A DNA stretch of 64,000 bases from Octopus bimaculoides (GCF_001194135.2 NC_069001.1:28721345-28785344), one strand, 5' to 3'; positions 1-13,582 are shown, counted from the first letter of the stretch. Numbers and translations are program-made. Notes: generated from the letters alone by a model not told the origin.

Positions 1-1071
1 TTCCTGCCCCGTAGGGCGAAAAACTACTGTTAAACAAACAGTTACAAAAATGTCTCACAATAACAGACGTAAAAGAACTCACACAGACGTAGCAGCAAAG
101 ATATTTGAATCAAGATATAATACTCCAAACAGGAAAATTCATATATTGTGAAGTCTTGTGTAAAACAAATGGAGAACAGGACGTTTTATTTAAAAAAAAA
201 AAGAAAGAAAAACAGAAAGCATTTTTTTTTTAATTATAGAAAAATAAAGAAATAAATAAAAAAAACAAAGAAAGGAGAAAAGAAGGAATAAAAAAATAAG
301 TAGAATAAAATGAAATAGACTACACAGTACTACACACTCACTCGTCAATCACTCATATTGAGTTCTACAAGAAGTAACACTAGAGGACTAACACGCAATT
401 ACGGATGCAAGGTAGAGCCTCCACTTTTTATAAAATTTCTCTTGCTACCATGTATTATCTGATTTTTTTTTTTCAATTATATATCAATATTTATATATAT
501 ATATATAATATCCACCGCTCTCTATTTATCTATCTCTCCCCATGCCTGGCATCGCTTATGTTCCTGCGTTAAGGTTTCACTTCCAAACACGCCAGCTTTA
601 TTTAATTCGTCTTCAGTCGAAAGACACCTGTTGTTAATCTTCTGGTATTTGCATATGTGTTTGTGTACCATTTCGTTTTTTCTTTTTTTTCGTCCTAGTT
701 TTCGTATACATTCGCTGCTTTCTTCCAAGGAATCTAGTTGTCTTAGCTTAGTTTTACCTTGGGGCTGGCCAGATTAGAGCAACCTCGAGTATAACTAGCC
801 GAAATTGCAAAGGTAATCTCGAACTCAACTGACCCGTCCTTGTTTTTTCTTGTCCTTTTTTTGTATCATCTGTCTGGATGTTTTGCATTCTTGTTCGATA
901 TTTTGTATTCCTTTGTATAAGCAGAAACAAGTGAAAAACAGATACAGAACTTTGGCAAACCCTCACGAGCTATCGGTGAAAAGTTCTTAGTAATATGTAT
1001 ACACACACACACATACGTATATATATATGTGTGTGTGTGTGTGTGTGCGCCTGTGAGTTACGCTAATGTAT

Positions 1072-1362
1072 ATTTACCCGAGGCACAAGTCCGGGTAAGG
1101 TTGTTTATGGAAGACTAGCAGTCATCCATGCATACCAGCCTCCCCTCTCCACGCCACCAATGTTATCCAAGGCAAAGGCAAAGGGGCCGATACAGCTTGG
1201 CACCAGTGACGTCGCAACTCATTTCTACAGCTGAGTGAACTGGAGCAACGTGGAATAAAGTGTCTTGATCAAGAACACAACACGCAGCCCGGTCCGGGAT
1301 TCGAACTCACAACCTCGCTATCGTAAGCTCGACGCTCTAACCACTGGACCATTCACCTTCAC
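1072..1362 (-). mobile_element. tRNA-derived SINE, family C (tRNA-Arg-like head), near full length
   Basis: Minus strand starts gtgaagg..tggtccagtggttagagcg (A box) and gttcgaatcc (B box), with loop cttacgat (ACG anticodon), followed by tgtgttcttgatcaagacacttt...ccagttcactcagctgtag core. Confidence 0.8.
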
Positions 1363-2043
1363 TATACACACCCACACACATTTGTGTGTGTGTGTTTGCC
1401 CTATTCTTCATCCACTTAGCATGTTCGAGACTCATCTCTCCACTCTGAAGTCGAAGGCTTCATCTACCTAATGTTTATTCGCTTCCACTACTGGTTGGAT
1501 ATCCTTCACTTTTTGAGAACTACATGAGAACTACCGGACACCCCAGAAACAGCTTTCAGGCATGTAATACTCTACCTCCTCTTTTTAAATATCTGTCTTT
1601 GTACTCTGTGTGTAAGATTGTTCTGATAATATATAAATATCTATATTGTCGTACAATATTTTCAATCATTGTTTACTCTCTCTTTACATGAATATAACTA
1701 TATGTATATGTAGTATATAGTATATCTAGCCGAAGCTACAGAGAAAATGATATGCCCTCAATATCCCTTTAGTTCACCTCCGTATCCGCTCACCTGAATT
1801 CCTCTAATTACACCGTGGACTTAGTCCACGTAAAAATTTCAAAGTGTAACTTCAAATCGTTTGAGCTCTACTGTTTTCTATAATGATCACCACTGCATCA
1901 CATCTGCTGACTCATCTCACTCTCTTTCTCAGTATATCTTATATATAAATTAATTGTATGCTGTCAACTTAAACTACTGCATAAATCTCTCTCAGAGATT
2001 TAGAAATGTATTATTTCTATCTTATACACACACACACACACAC

Positions 2044-2190
2044 AACGGACTTCTTTCAGTATCTCTATAAAATCCACTGACAGCCCTTGCTCGCGCCGAG
2101 GCTGTGGTAGAAGACATCTGCTCAAAGGTTCCACACAGTGAGACTGAACACGGAACTATGTGGTTCGGAAGTTAACTACGTACCGCACGC
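2044..2190 (-). mobile_element. SINE family B, 5' half
   Basis: Reverse complement matches the family B head and body. Confidence 0.65.
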
Positions 2191-2654
2191 ATTCATACAA
2201 TATGTGAGATGTTTCCACAGACATTCTTGCACACACAAAGCTGAAACCTGAAACTTGAGTAACTGCTACAGAAACAATGAAACCGTACAGGTTGAACAAA
2301 CAATGAAAATACACGTCAAGGAAATCAAATCAACTCGTTGAAATATAATATTCCGTTCCAGCAATCACACGGTTTCAATACACACCTTTCATTCCACACA
2401 AACCCATAAACACAGATATATATATATGCAGACATACACGCGAAATCGTGTGAACGACCACAAAGGCAGTGAAATCCCACGAATGCTATAACTAAAGCAG
2501 CACACGACTGACAAATGAAATAGTCAACATCAATCAACAACAGTTTACTTCCATTTAATTTCTTTAGAAATCCATATATGACAGTGGAATAATAGGGCTT
2601 ACACAACATTAATTCGGAAACGTGTCAGGGAGAAACTATCGGATATGCAGAAAA

Positions 2655-2690
<36 letters not shown>

Positions 2691-2736
2691 NNNNNNNNNN
2701 NNNNNNNNNNACAATGGAAACCCCACAGGTTTATTG

Positions 2737-2771
<35 letters not shown>

Positions 2772-2798
2772 ATAATATATGTATGTATATATTATCTG

Positions 2799-2833
<35 letters not shown>

Positions 2834-2834
2834 A

Positions 2835-3006
2835 GGCGCAGGCGTGACTGTATAATGAGAAACTTGCTTCTGAACCACATGGCTTCGTGTTCAGTCCCGC
2901 TGCTTGGCACATTGACCAAATGTCTTCCCCTATATTCTCGGTCTGACCAAAGCCTTGTGAGTGTATTTGGTAGGAAACTGAATGGAGCTTGTCGTGTATA
3001 TGTATG

Positions 3007-3052
<46 letters not shown>

Positions 3053-3284
3053 CATGAATATGTATGAATGTACCTGATTGCGTGTTTGTGTTCGTTCCTC
3101 GCCATCATTTGAAAGCCGATGTTGGTCTGTATACGTCCCCGTAAATTAGCGGTTCGGCAAAACAGAACGACAGAATAACTGCTAGGCTTACAAAGAATAA
3201 GTCCTAGGGTCGATTCGTTCGTTTAAAAGCATTGCCCCAGCATGGCCGTAATCTGGTAACTGAAACAAGTAGAAGAATAAAAGG
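2835..3284 (+). mobile_element. tRNA-derived SINE, family B, full length with internal (TA)n
   Basis: ggcgcaggcgtgactgt head, gttcagtccc B box, gaccaaagccttgtgagt body, internal microsatellite, and tail ccagcatggcc...tgaaacaagtagaagaataaaag. Confidence 0.85.
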
Positions 3285-3423
3285 ATATATATCGATAGAT
3301 ATAAACAAAGTTGACATCTGAAGAATTTGAATTCCAACCGTAAAAACGGACGTAATTCAGCTAAACGTTTTGTCCGGCGCTGTAACCATTCTGCCAGTTA
3401 CCGTCTTATGATATACAAATAAT

Positions 3424-3636
3424 TATCTCTACAATAGACACAACGCCTGATATTTTGAGGGAGGGGGACCAGTCGTTTATATCAACCCCAGTGCGTGAGC
3501 GGTATGTAATTTATCGACCCCGAAAGGATGAACGTCAAAGTCGACCCGGTGGCATTTGAACTCCGAACGTGCTGACACTTGAAATACCATTAAGCATTTC
3601 GCCCGGAGTTCTAACGATTTTGCCCTCTCGCCGCCT
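3424..3636 (-). mobile_element. tRNA-derived SINE, family A, with 18-bp TSD (adjacent 5' fragment at 3307-3405)
   Basis: ttatgatatacaaataat at 3406-3423 and 3637-3654; body atcgaccccgaaaggatga...gtcgacc...tttgaactc. Confidence 0.85.
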
Positions 3637-4972
3637 TTATGATATACAAATAATGTTATCAGGCAGTATGGGAACGTAGATCAATGCTTTAGTTCTATGA
3701 CAAATTAATAATAGATTCAGTGGTAATCAGGTTTTGCAAATTAGATAATTAAAATGGAAACTCATATAATTTTCTCTGCAATCTGGTGACGATAATCTTT
3801 TTGTAAATGTGTAATTATTATGCTACCTTTCATCTATCTACCATTATATCGAGATTAACTCGAATAACTTATGACATGTCTGCTGCGTTTTCTTATTATA
3901 TAGCTCGATACCCAGCGTTTGCTTAACATTTCATAGAATTATACGAAAGTAGAAATGAAATATTGATGAATAAATATGCCATTGATCCTTGTACGAAACA
4001 GAGACACCAGGATTCTGTCGATATGACATCTTGATATACTCACTATTACATTATATTCCTACAGGTTTTGTTATATAACTTACGCATAGCGTTTATCAGT
4101 TACGAACACTCACGTTCGTAAATACCCATATGCACGCACACACACTAACATACGTATTCGCACATACACACAAATACACAAACACACAGCGCAAATACAC
4201 GCACACAGACACAGAGCGAGTGAGATAGTAAAACTTTTATATATTGTTTTATCTGATTCAACATTTCTTAGATCTTTTGATCACATGTTATGAATATGAA
4301 CATAACTATAATGTGAATTTGTCCATATGCCGATACATAAGAAAAGATAGCGAAGCATTTAAGAAACCATAGCTTATGATGAATAAATGATAAGCGACAC
4401 AGGAATTTAAAGATAGAATTGAAACGTTAATGCATCTATAATTTAGGAGCAATTTAATATCCAGAGGGAATAACTCATGTCTGGGTTTGGTTGATCTTAG
4501 AGAACGGGTTGACTGTATGTCCGATTACCAAACAATATATTAACATTTCATACCTCCAGGCTGCGTGCTGTTTATGTCCACGTTACTTAACATTCTCCGG
4601 CTCCCGAACATTTTGCTGTAAATAGATAATATAATAGAATAATGCAATATGCAGATGGAATTTTTGATTAAGTTTGAAAGTAGTATTCTTGTACCGTCAA
4701 TCATTTGATTCCTGGCTAATCATTCCCAAGTTTAACTTGCACAAATTATATTCTCTGCATTTACTCATTACATAACTAGTTACCGTTCGTTTGTCAAACT
4801 TTCACTGAATTAAGCTTATCTACAGATGAAATAATGATAAACTATTATACCATCATTATTAGTGTCGTTTTGTTGTAGTTTTATGTTTATTAACTGCCTT
4901 CATTGTAACACGAACGCCACCTCTCTGCGCTTTGAATACATGCATTGTATTATTCTAGTTTAAATGTTTCTG

Positions 4973-5210
4973 ATTTCTTTATTGCCCACAAGGGGCTAAA
5001 CATAGAGGGGACAAACAAGGACAAACAAAAGGATTAAGTCGATTACATCGACCCCAGTGCGTAACTGGTACTTAATTTATCGACCCCGAAAGGATGAAAG
5101 GCAAAGTCGACCTCGGCGGAATTTGAACTCAGAACGTAAAAGTAGACGAAATACCGTTAAGCATTTCGCCCGGCGCGCTAACGTTTCTGCCAGCTCGCCG
5201 CCTTTTTAGA
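4973..5210 (-). mobile_element. SINE family A, intact and apparently young, with TSD
   Basis: ttaaatgtttctg at 4960-4972 and 5211-5223; minus strand ggcggcgagctggcagaaacg (A box), gagttcaaattcc (B box). Confidence 0.9.
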
Positions 5211-5402
5211 TTAAATGTTTCTGTACGCTACATCATATACGTGTAGTGTTTAGTACAGCACTTTTTAGCAGGATCAAATCAAAAGGGATCAAAGATTCTC
5301 CGCGAGCCATAAGGCCCGCTCGCTTAGCGGATTTTGGGACATATCTATCCCCACACCCAATCCGTCTCTTGGAAGGGTCGATTCATTCGCCACTGCCTAA
5401 AA

Positions 5403-5448
<46 letters not shown>

Positions 5449-5773
5449 CTAATAATCTATTATGAGTTTCAGCGAAAGGCTGTGGCCACTCTGAGTCGCC
5501 GATGTGTGCTTAAACACTCCAACAGAAACACATGGACACTTATATGTCCACCGTTTGGATAAAATCTAGATACAATGCTTTGAACTAGTACAAGTAGTCG
5601 TAGTAGATGTTATACTAATGATATTGTCTATAATGACTGCAATCATAATAATAATAAAAAAATAACCGTTTTATTTTATTACCAAAAATACAGTATGAAA
5701 AGAGTTTATGACAATGGAAACAATAATAGTTCACAAAACACTTCATTATTATTACCAATATTGTTGCTGTTAA

Positions 5774-5985
5774 GGCGGTGATCTTGCAGAATCGTTAATG
5801 CGCCAGACAAAATATGCTTAGCGGAAATTCGTACGTTTTTAAGTTCTCAATTCAAATGATGCAGAGGTCGACTTTGCCTTTCATCATTCCACGGTCGATA
5901 AAATATCAACCAATGAAACACTCTGATCGATGTGAAAGACCTACATCTCCCCCAAATTGCTGGCCTTGTGCCACAATTTGAAACC
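5774..5985 (+). mobile_element. SINE family A
   Basis: ggcggtgatcttgcagaatcg...ttcaaat...gaggtcgactttgcctttcat...ccccaaattgctggccttgtgcc. Confidence 0.8.
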
Positions 5986-6002
5986 GCTGTGGTTGTTGTT
6001 AT

Positions 6003-6204
6003 GGTAGTGTTCTGGCAGAATTGTTAGCGAGTGGCATTCCGTCTGTCCTTACGTCCTGAGTTCAAATTCCGTCGTGGCTGAATAAAATACTCATCTTTTC
6101 GGTGTCGATAAAAAGTCATTTTTTATTCCCGAGGAACGCCGGTCTACATTTAATTGACATAGCCCCTCCCCGGAACTTGATGCCTTGTGCCAAAATTTGA
6201 AACC
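6003..6204 (+). mobile_element. SINE family A (left member of a tail-to-tail inverted pair)
   Basis: ctggcagaattgttagc...gagttcaaattcc...ccttgtgccaaaatttgaaacc. Confidence 0.75.
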
Positions 6205-6224
6205 ATTATTATTATTATTTTTAT

Positions 6225-6417
6225 TTATTTATTGCACACAGGGGGCTAAACATAGAGAGGATAAAAGGAGGGGATTAATCGACCCCAGTGCGTAATTGAT
6301 AGTTATTTAATCGACGCCGAAAAGGATGAAAATCAAAGTCGACCTCGGCGGAATTTGAACTCAGAAAGTAACGCCAGATGAAATGCGGCGTGCTCACGAT
6401 TCTGTTATCTCACCGCA
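6225..6417 (-). mobile_element. SINE family A (right member of the inverted pair)
   Basis: atcgaccccagtgcgtaa...aaagtcgacctcggcggaatttgaactcag. Confidence 0.8.
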
Positions 6418-6419
6418 TA

Positions 6420-6421
6420 AT

Positions 6422-6477
<56 letters not shown>

Positions 6478-6505
6478 TTATTATTATTACTATTATTATT
6501 ATTAC

Positions 6506-6535
<30 letters not shown>
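6420..6535. repeat. Compound (TAC)n(TAT)n microsatellite
   Basis: Direct reading; source of the poly-Y/T ORF artefacts. Confidence 0.95.
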
Positions 6536-6536
<1 letters not shown>

Positions 6537-6539
6537 GCT

Positions 6540-6735
6540 GCCTTCGCCTCAGAAAAGGTGAAGTTATTGTTTTCACTCAGGTTTGTTTGTTTGGCCGTGG
6601 GAAAGATATCTCAAGAACCGCTGGATGGATTCAGATGAAACTTTCAGAGATGTTTGGTTTAGTAACTTGCACGAACGGGCGGTTAGATTTTGGGGTCGAT
6701 CCGGTACCAGACATCGATCCTAGATTATTTTTCCT

Positions 6736-6778
<43 letters not shown>

Positions 6779-6800
6779 AACTTTTGACACCGTTTTTGAG
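6540..6800 (+). mobile_element. Helentron/HINE (DINE-1-like) non-autonomous element, 5' part
   Basis: Starts with a subterminal hairpin cttcgcc-tcagaaaa-ggtgaag, then a short (gttt)n microsatellite, then gatatctcaagaaccgctggatggattcagatgaaacttt and ttagattttggggtcgatcc. This layout resembles HINE/DINE-like elements. The 3' end is not recognisable. Confidence 0.5.
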
Positions 6801-6949
6801 AGCAGTTTATTTCAGTGGTGGCTGCACCTTGTTCACCATTGCTAGGTCCGGTCTGTAATTCTTTAGCACCTGATCTGCTTGGATTGGGAAATCCCATATG
6901 ATTTCGCTAGTCTCCGACTCCGTGATTCTCTGCGGTTTGTGTTTATACT

Positions 6950-7225
6950 ACGTCATGGCTCTCTCTAGCCCCCACTTTTCGCACAGTTTCAAATGTAGCA
7001 CTTTCACTACCTGGTCGTGTAACCACAACCTGTAGTAGTATTTGGCAAGTCTAGGGCATTCGTTTGTGATATGGGCAATGACTGCATCCACTCTATTGCA
7101 GATGCGGCACAGCGAAAACACTTGCTCATTCCTAATATTGTCTCTCCAAATATTATTATTATGTTTGATATTTGTTTTGTATTTGTACAACGTTGGCTCC
7201 AGTCTCAGTCAGAGACCTCAAGAGA
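6950..7225 (-). mobile_element. Fragment of a restriction-like-endonuclease non-LTR retrotransposon (R4/Dong-like) zinc knuckle
   Basis: ORF 6948-7190 contains CRICNRVDAVIAHITNECPRLAKYYYRLWLHDQVVKVLHLKLCEKWG, a CCHC knuckle followed by LA...Y...HD.V...+H..LC.K.G, typical of the region before the RLE domain. Adjacent to an (ATT)n tract. Confidence 0.7.
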
Positions 7226-7299
7226 CAACAAGTTAGAAGTTTATATTATTATTATCATTATTATTATTATTATTATTATTATTTATTGAAGGTGCAAGG

Positions 7300-7560
7300 T
7301 TCAGTGGCACGAAGTAGCACTCACGTTTGCGAGATCATGGTTTCAATTCCTAAACCGGGTGGTGCGTCTTTTTCTTCAGCAAGACACTTCATCTCACGTT
7401 GCTCCGCGTTCACTTCGACACAGGGCGCGTGGTGCACTTGTGCTCCTGTCCAGGCAATGCCGATTTCATGGACATAGTGAGATGTACAGCGCATACATTT
7501 GATCACTGTAAACAAACCACTGTGCAAGTCTTTCGGCAAAAGCTGAAAGCTTATACGTCG
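7300..7560 (+). mobile_element. SINE family C-related copy, degraded (further fragments at about 20485-20640 and 34790-34850)
   Basis: ggttcagtgg...gtttcaattcctaaaccggg...cttcagcaagacacttcatctcacgttgctcc. Confidence 0.55.
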
Positions 7561-8103
7561 CATTCGGTGGAAGAATCTATCATCATAAACGCAATCCTCA
7601 TCATCATCATCATCATTATTTTTTAATATATTTATTTATCGTTTGCATTGACGACAGGATTTGTCTAGCACATGACTTTTGAGGTTTTAAGTACCTAAAT
7701 ATCAATCTCACAAACTCTCATTGTATATGTATATGTATATATATGTATATGTATATATATGTATATGTATNNNNNNNNNNNNNNNNNNNNNNNNNNNNNN
7801 NNNNNNNNNNNNNNNNNNNNNNNNNNNNNNNNNNNNNNNNNNNNNNNNNNNNNNNNNNNNNNNNNNNNNNATATATATATATATATATATATATTAGAGA
7901 GAGAGAGAGAGAGAGATAGATAAATATCAGTGTGTTTATGCATATATGTATGTATATATATATATATCTGTCAATCGTACATATGTGCATCTAAATATAT
8001 ATCTTATAACTCTATGTGACTCTTTCCAGGCACAACTGTATATGTATGTGCGTATCTTTTTGTGCCAATCTATATAACTAAATCTCTCACTCTCGTTCCT
8101 TTC

Positions 8104-8186
<83 letters not shown>

Positions 8187-9051
8187 ATGTATGTATGTAC
8201 ATATGCATTTATATATATACATATATATTCATATGTGTATGTGCGCTTGTGTTTGTCTTTGTGCTTGCGTATATAAGTATACATAAACACCAATGTACGT
8301 ACTTGTATGTTTATGCATGGATAAATATATAAACGGACCAAAGGTGACACATTGTAACTCATATCTCCATAGTACGCTTGCAGTAATGATATAGATATAG
8401 ATATATATATATATATATGCATATATGTAAGTTTATCTGTGTTTGTATGCGTGAGTGTGCATCTGTGTAAGAACGTATATGCGTGTTTAATAACACCACC
8501 ACGGATAAATGATCACACTGCAGATGTATGATTATTTATATGATAAGAAAGATTTGAGAGACAATATTTCTTAGATCTCTCCATAACTCATGTCAGACAA
8601 GTGTTGTTAAATCAGAAATTCTAGTGACGTTCTGGAAGTTTTAGATTTATCACTAACCCACACTGAAGCAAGCCAAACGAAACGAATTCAATGCACGGCA
8701 TGGAAGAATTTGACTAAAAACCACTTCACCATTATAAAATGGTTGTCCTGTAACATAGCTTTAGGAAGATTTCCGTGAAATCTTTCATATGCCAAATGAT
8801 AACTGATCATATTATGGAAGAATGTCGATATGCATATATATAAATATACATATATATAAACACATACATGCATATGAATGACATATGTGCGCAAGTACAC
8901 ATATACATACATACATGCTTACATACTTACATATATACATGTGTATATATATGTGTGTATGTGTATACAAATATACGTGGGTGTGTGTGTGTCAATATTA
9001 AAATCCATGTAAAATCTTGCAAACCAAATACAAGTACGAACTACACACACA

Positions 9052-9154
<103 letters not shown>

Positions 9155-10130
9155 TATTATTATTTTAACGTGTATACAATTAAGCATTTGTACACTCATA
9201 CATCCACTGGGGCGTGTGTGTTTGTGTGTGTTTGTGTGTGAGTGTGTGTGTGTGTTATTTGCTCTCTTTAATCTTTAATATGCCGTCTGATTGAAAGTGG
9301 AATAAGCTTAGTTTTAAACAGCCTTCTGTTGTACGTGTATATAATGCTTTGATCTTTACTGTCCGAGTCAATGCTTTTGTTGTGTATTTGTCTTTCTCAT
9401 TTGTGACATTCTTTTGAAATATGGGGAATATCCAAAAAGTCCAAACCATTAACTTTAAAAGATTCGTTCATTCCGACAACGGCAAATAGCAACAACTTCG
9501 ACTCATACTTCATCACACGCTCACGTGAAGTTACATACAGACTCTATGTTAGTGTTATTCATTCGAAAGCTATACATGGTTTAAGTAGTTTTTCCAATCG
9601 TTTGAAATCAACCCACTTACTTTTGGATAGAGTCACTGATTAGAGAATAAAACTAAAGTAAATTCACATTAAACATCTTAGTTTCAAATGCAATTAACAG
9701 GATTTAATCTTTATCATGATTCCGAACGAATGCTTGAATTTATAACACAGAAACTATTATAATTTTGTCTTCTAACACTAATACCTTAGTTGAGGAGTGT
9801 CTCTGTAAAATGTTTGGAATAAGACAGTGAAATGTTATTGTTCTCGGATAGATTTCTATAGTAAATATTTGCAAAAGTTCGTACTTAAAAACGCTAACGT
9901 GGAACCACCCTTTAAAGTACAATCGGAAAATTTTATTCGATATGCGTTTACACATTTTTCTTTTTACCTTATATCAGATCCATGGCTCTGGTCTATTCCA
10001 AGTCATACAAAAATTAAAAAAATGTTCCTAAGTGCCAAAGACTAGGAACGAACTCGAAAGAATATGTTAACAATTCAGTCATATAACTCCCTTAGTGCAC
10101 TGTACTAATTTAATATAATGAACACCATAA

Positions 10131-10333
10131 GGTGGCGAGCTGGCAGAATTGTTAGCACACCGGGCGAAATGCTTAGTGATAAATCGTCTGAGTTCAAATT
10201 CTACCGAGGTCGATTTTGCCTTTCATCCTTTCGGGGTCGATAAATTAAGTACCAGTTGCATACTGGTGTCGATCTCATCGACTGGGCTCCTCCCACAAAA
10301 ATGTCAGGCTTCGGCCTAGAGTAGATAAGAATA
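10131..10333 (+). mobile_element. SINE family A
   Basis: ggtggcgagctggcagaattgttagc...gagttcaaattct...cctttcggggtcgataaattaagtaccag. Confidence 0.85.
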
Positions 10334-10339
10334 TAAATG

Positions 10340-11000
10340 AACGCTATATCTAGTACGAGTCACTGCATTTTCATGAATAGTCCAGTTCACTTACTTGTAT
10401 ATTTGCATTCTGTAAACTACGACTTTATAGTAAAATTAACCAGGGTTTACATGAATTGATATTACTACTGAATTGAATTCACGAATTTTGGATTTCAAGG
10501 CTGGTAAATTCCTATCTTTCAGACTCACCAGCCTTGACGGGATTACTTTCAGATGATTTTGCAGCTGGCAGTTTTTTCTTAAATTAACAGTTCAATATCT
10601 TTTTTCTCGGTAGTCGTTACATGGTAATCCTCGACATTGATCTTTCGCGTATATCATCAACTCGTCGCTGATCTTTCGTGGCCTTGACCTTCATATATCT
10701 TCATCCTACACATAGTGCTAACAATTTATAGGCAGATAAAAACGTGCTACTTGATCTTTTGGTTTCCTTCGTTCTCACCATAATTTAGATATAGCGCTTG
10801 CCACACCATACAGCACTGCCTTCCCAATACAAGAGATTTCACTGCATATACATGCCAGTGTTCATATTCTTCGTTCTTCGAAGAACATAAGGAAAGCTCA
10901 TGTGGATTTAGAAAGTCATAGGGTTACGATAATAGTTCTGGAGATTTAGCCCCTCTCCCCTTTTTCCACCAAAAAGTATTTCCGTGCACCTGCACTTACA
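10340..11000 (-). mobile_element. Possible highly decayed Tc1-like transposase relic
   Basis: Minus-strand reading with stops gives GQGHERSATS**YTRKI, weakly like the Tc1 G(R/Q)GR.R.TT...DR.I motif. No DDE motif seen. Confidence 0.2.
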
Positions 11001-13582
11001 ATGAAACATTTCATGTTAAGTTTATCTACATTTAAAAGTACACTTGGTCAACAGTTGTTCTCACCAGCATACAGAACATTTTGCATCACAATGCATGTGT
11101 ACGTGAATACTGCTGTGAAAAATGCAGTCTAAAGCGTTCATGTATTTTGCCAAAATCCTATATATTTTCTTTTCTTCAATTAAAACTAAAATTATTTTTT
11201 AATTTCGCTTCAATTTTTCTTTTTGTCATTTGCATACAGCTTTGCTCTGTTGAATATAATTGTTTTTTATTTGGTGAGGTGGGGGCGTGTTCTTACAAGA
11301 GGAATCTATTATCTGTTTAGAAATATTCAGCAAAAGAAAGCAGAATTACTTTTGAAAAACCGACCTTCTTGTCTTAATCAAATACGTGATAAACTTTAAA
11401 ATAACTTAATAAATTACTGTGTAAATTAAAATGAGAATAAAAGAAACATTCCATCCAGATAAAATTTTGAAAATATTTGAAATATCTTGAATCAAATTTA
11501 GGCACGTCTTAAATAACTAGGAACAAATAATGATGATGAGGAGGAGGGAGATGATCCTTCCTGTAACCACAAGGGCTTGAAATGATGCAGAAAAGAAATT
11601 CTACGAAATTTTAAACAATAGATTTACAAAGACGTGCGATTTGGAACGGAAAACGGAAACAAAGTTAATCGGTGGGATGAAAGTCATTATGAAATATATA
11701 AATGAATGAAGGAACTAAAAGTCTGTGAAGCGTAGATATTTACACAGAATAAATTCTAAAAATCTATGATACATGTGTATTACAGCGAATGAAACATGGT
11801 AATTCTATGGAGTGTAAAATTTTCGGTTTTCTCCCACACAAGGGGAAGAAAGTACTGCTTAGTTAAGGTTAGGTTTTCTCGCGTCCACAGTTTTCATCCA
11901 CTGCCCTTATTGCTGTCTCGTACACCCTTTTGTTGAGGTAAGTACGACCACCGTTTTTAGGTTAACAGTTAATCAGTAAATCTAAATAGTGTTTGACTGT
12001 TTATAACAACAAACTATGCTTTCGTATCTCGTGTATTCAATCCCAGTCTGTCGCTTTTTTATCAGTGGTACTACATATGGAGGAGGGCTATTTTAAAAGT
12101 TTAGACAGCGGTATCATAACATTTGTCCTATTCCGATGATCATATTTTCCCTCAAATGTAATGTTGTATTTCCTCTAACTGCGAATTTAACGAAAATTCG
12201 ATACCGTTGACATATTTTACTTAGCGCCATAAGTAAAATCTTGCGGCATAGCATTCTCAAAACTTACAAACAAATACATAAGGTTTTTTTCATTTTTTTT
12301 TATCATTCTGGGAACTCTGTTAAAACTATAAATATTTCTGCGCACGATAGGGACATGATTAGTTTTAATACAACTTCTACATGACCGATCTAACATATAT
12401 GTTCCTCTGCGAGTGTTGTATGATGCTATTGGTATCTTCAAAATAATTAGCCAGACTGTACGAAATGTATTTTTCCTCTATACATCGTTCATTGACAGGG
12501 TCATTGCTTTCATCATTTTCTATGTTCTGATGTGCAATTTGTCTTTGAACTATCATTGTTTTTTTTCTTTTCTTTTATACTGTTTTAATATTTCACTGCG
12601 TAAGGTGTGCATATCTGCCAGACCTTTTCAAATGAAACACCGTAAAAAGTAATTGATCAAATAGAACAAAATCTGTAAAAATGAATCTTAGATAATTAAA
12701 GTTCTTTTTTTTTTTTAACACACCAAAACATTTTAATGTCTAAATACAGAAAAGGCAGGTCGTTTTCAAAAAGAGAACAAACGCATCCTCACCGCACGGA
12801 ATTCAATAATAATCATAAGATGTTACATAGTGGAAATGATACTGGAAATGATAAGGACAATGATGATGAGGATGTTCTTATTTAATAATATTATATGATG
12901 CGTGTGTCAGTTCAACATGGTATCTTCACGCTTAAATATATTGAATTACATTCTTATTAGCCAACATATTAAAAATATGTACAGCATCGGTTTTGGTAAC
13001 CATGACGCAAAATGATGCATTTTTTTCCATATTTCATGGAAATAACTTCCAATCGAAATTAATTGTAATTCATTTTCAGAAGTTATTTAGTATTTTTGTT
13101 TTAATTTCATATTAAACAATGGCGTTGTAATTATATTTGGAAGTCGTATAATATAACCAGCCTACTGATGAGTCTTCCAAATAACAAGTCAGAAATAATG
13201 TTAATAAATTTTATTTTGAACAAAATGTTATTAATAATTTATATTATCATTCTAACGATTTTCTAGAACGTGTAAATTCAATGGAAACAAACATCAAAAC
13301 ATGATTTAAGAATTGTTGGAATATAATTGAAAACTGAATTTAATTATCTTTATAGGTCAGGCAATATGATATGAAATGAATTCAATCAAAACAAATATAA
13401 TTAATAGCAAAATTTCAAAATAATATTTTTCTTTTAAAAATATAATTCTCAATTTCATTTTGTTTGATATATTCCAATGGATTGATGATATATTTCCACG
13501 GTCAATATGTCCACAGCATTGGGAAATATCTTATTGAACAAGCCGAACCAAACACACATATGTTCACATACACACACACGCG

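Noticed and set aside
1290-1362. tRNA gene
   Set aside because: A and B boxes are present but there is no complete acceptor stem, and it continues into SINE body sequence.
13160-13200. CTGATGA hammerhead cores here and at about 57177, 43020 and 36782
   Set aside because: No properly spaced stem II plus GAAA plus cleavage triplet.
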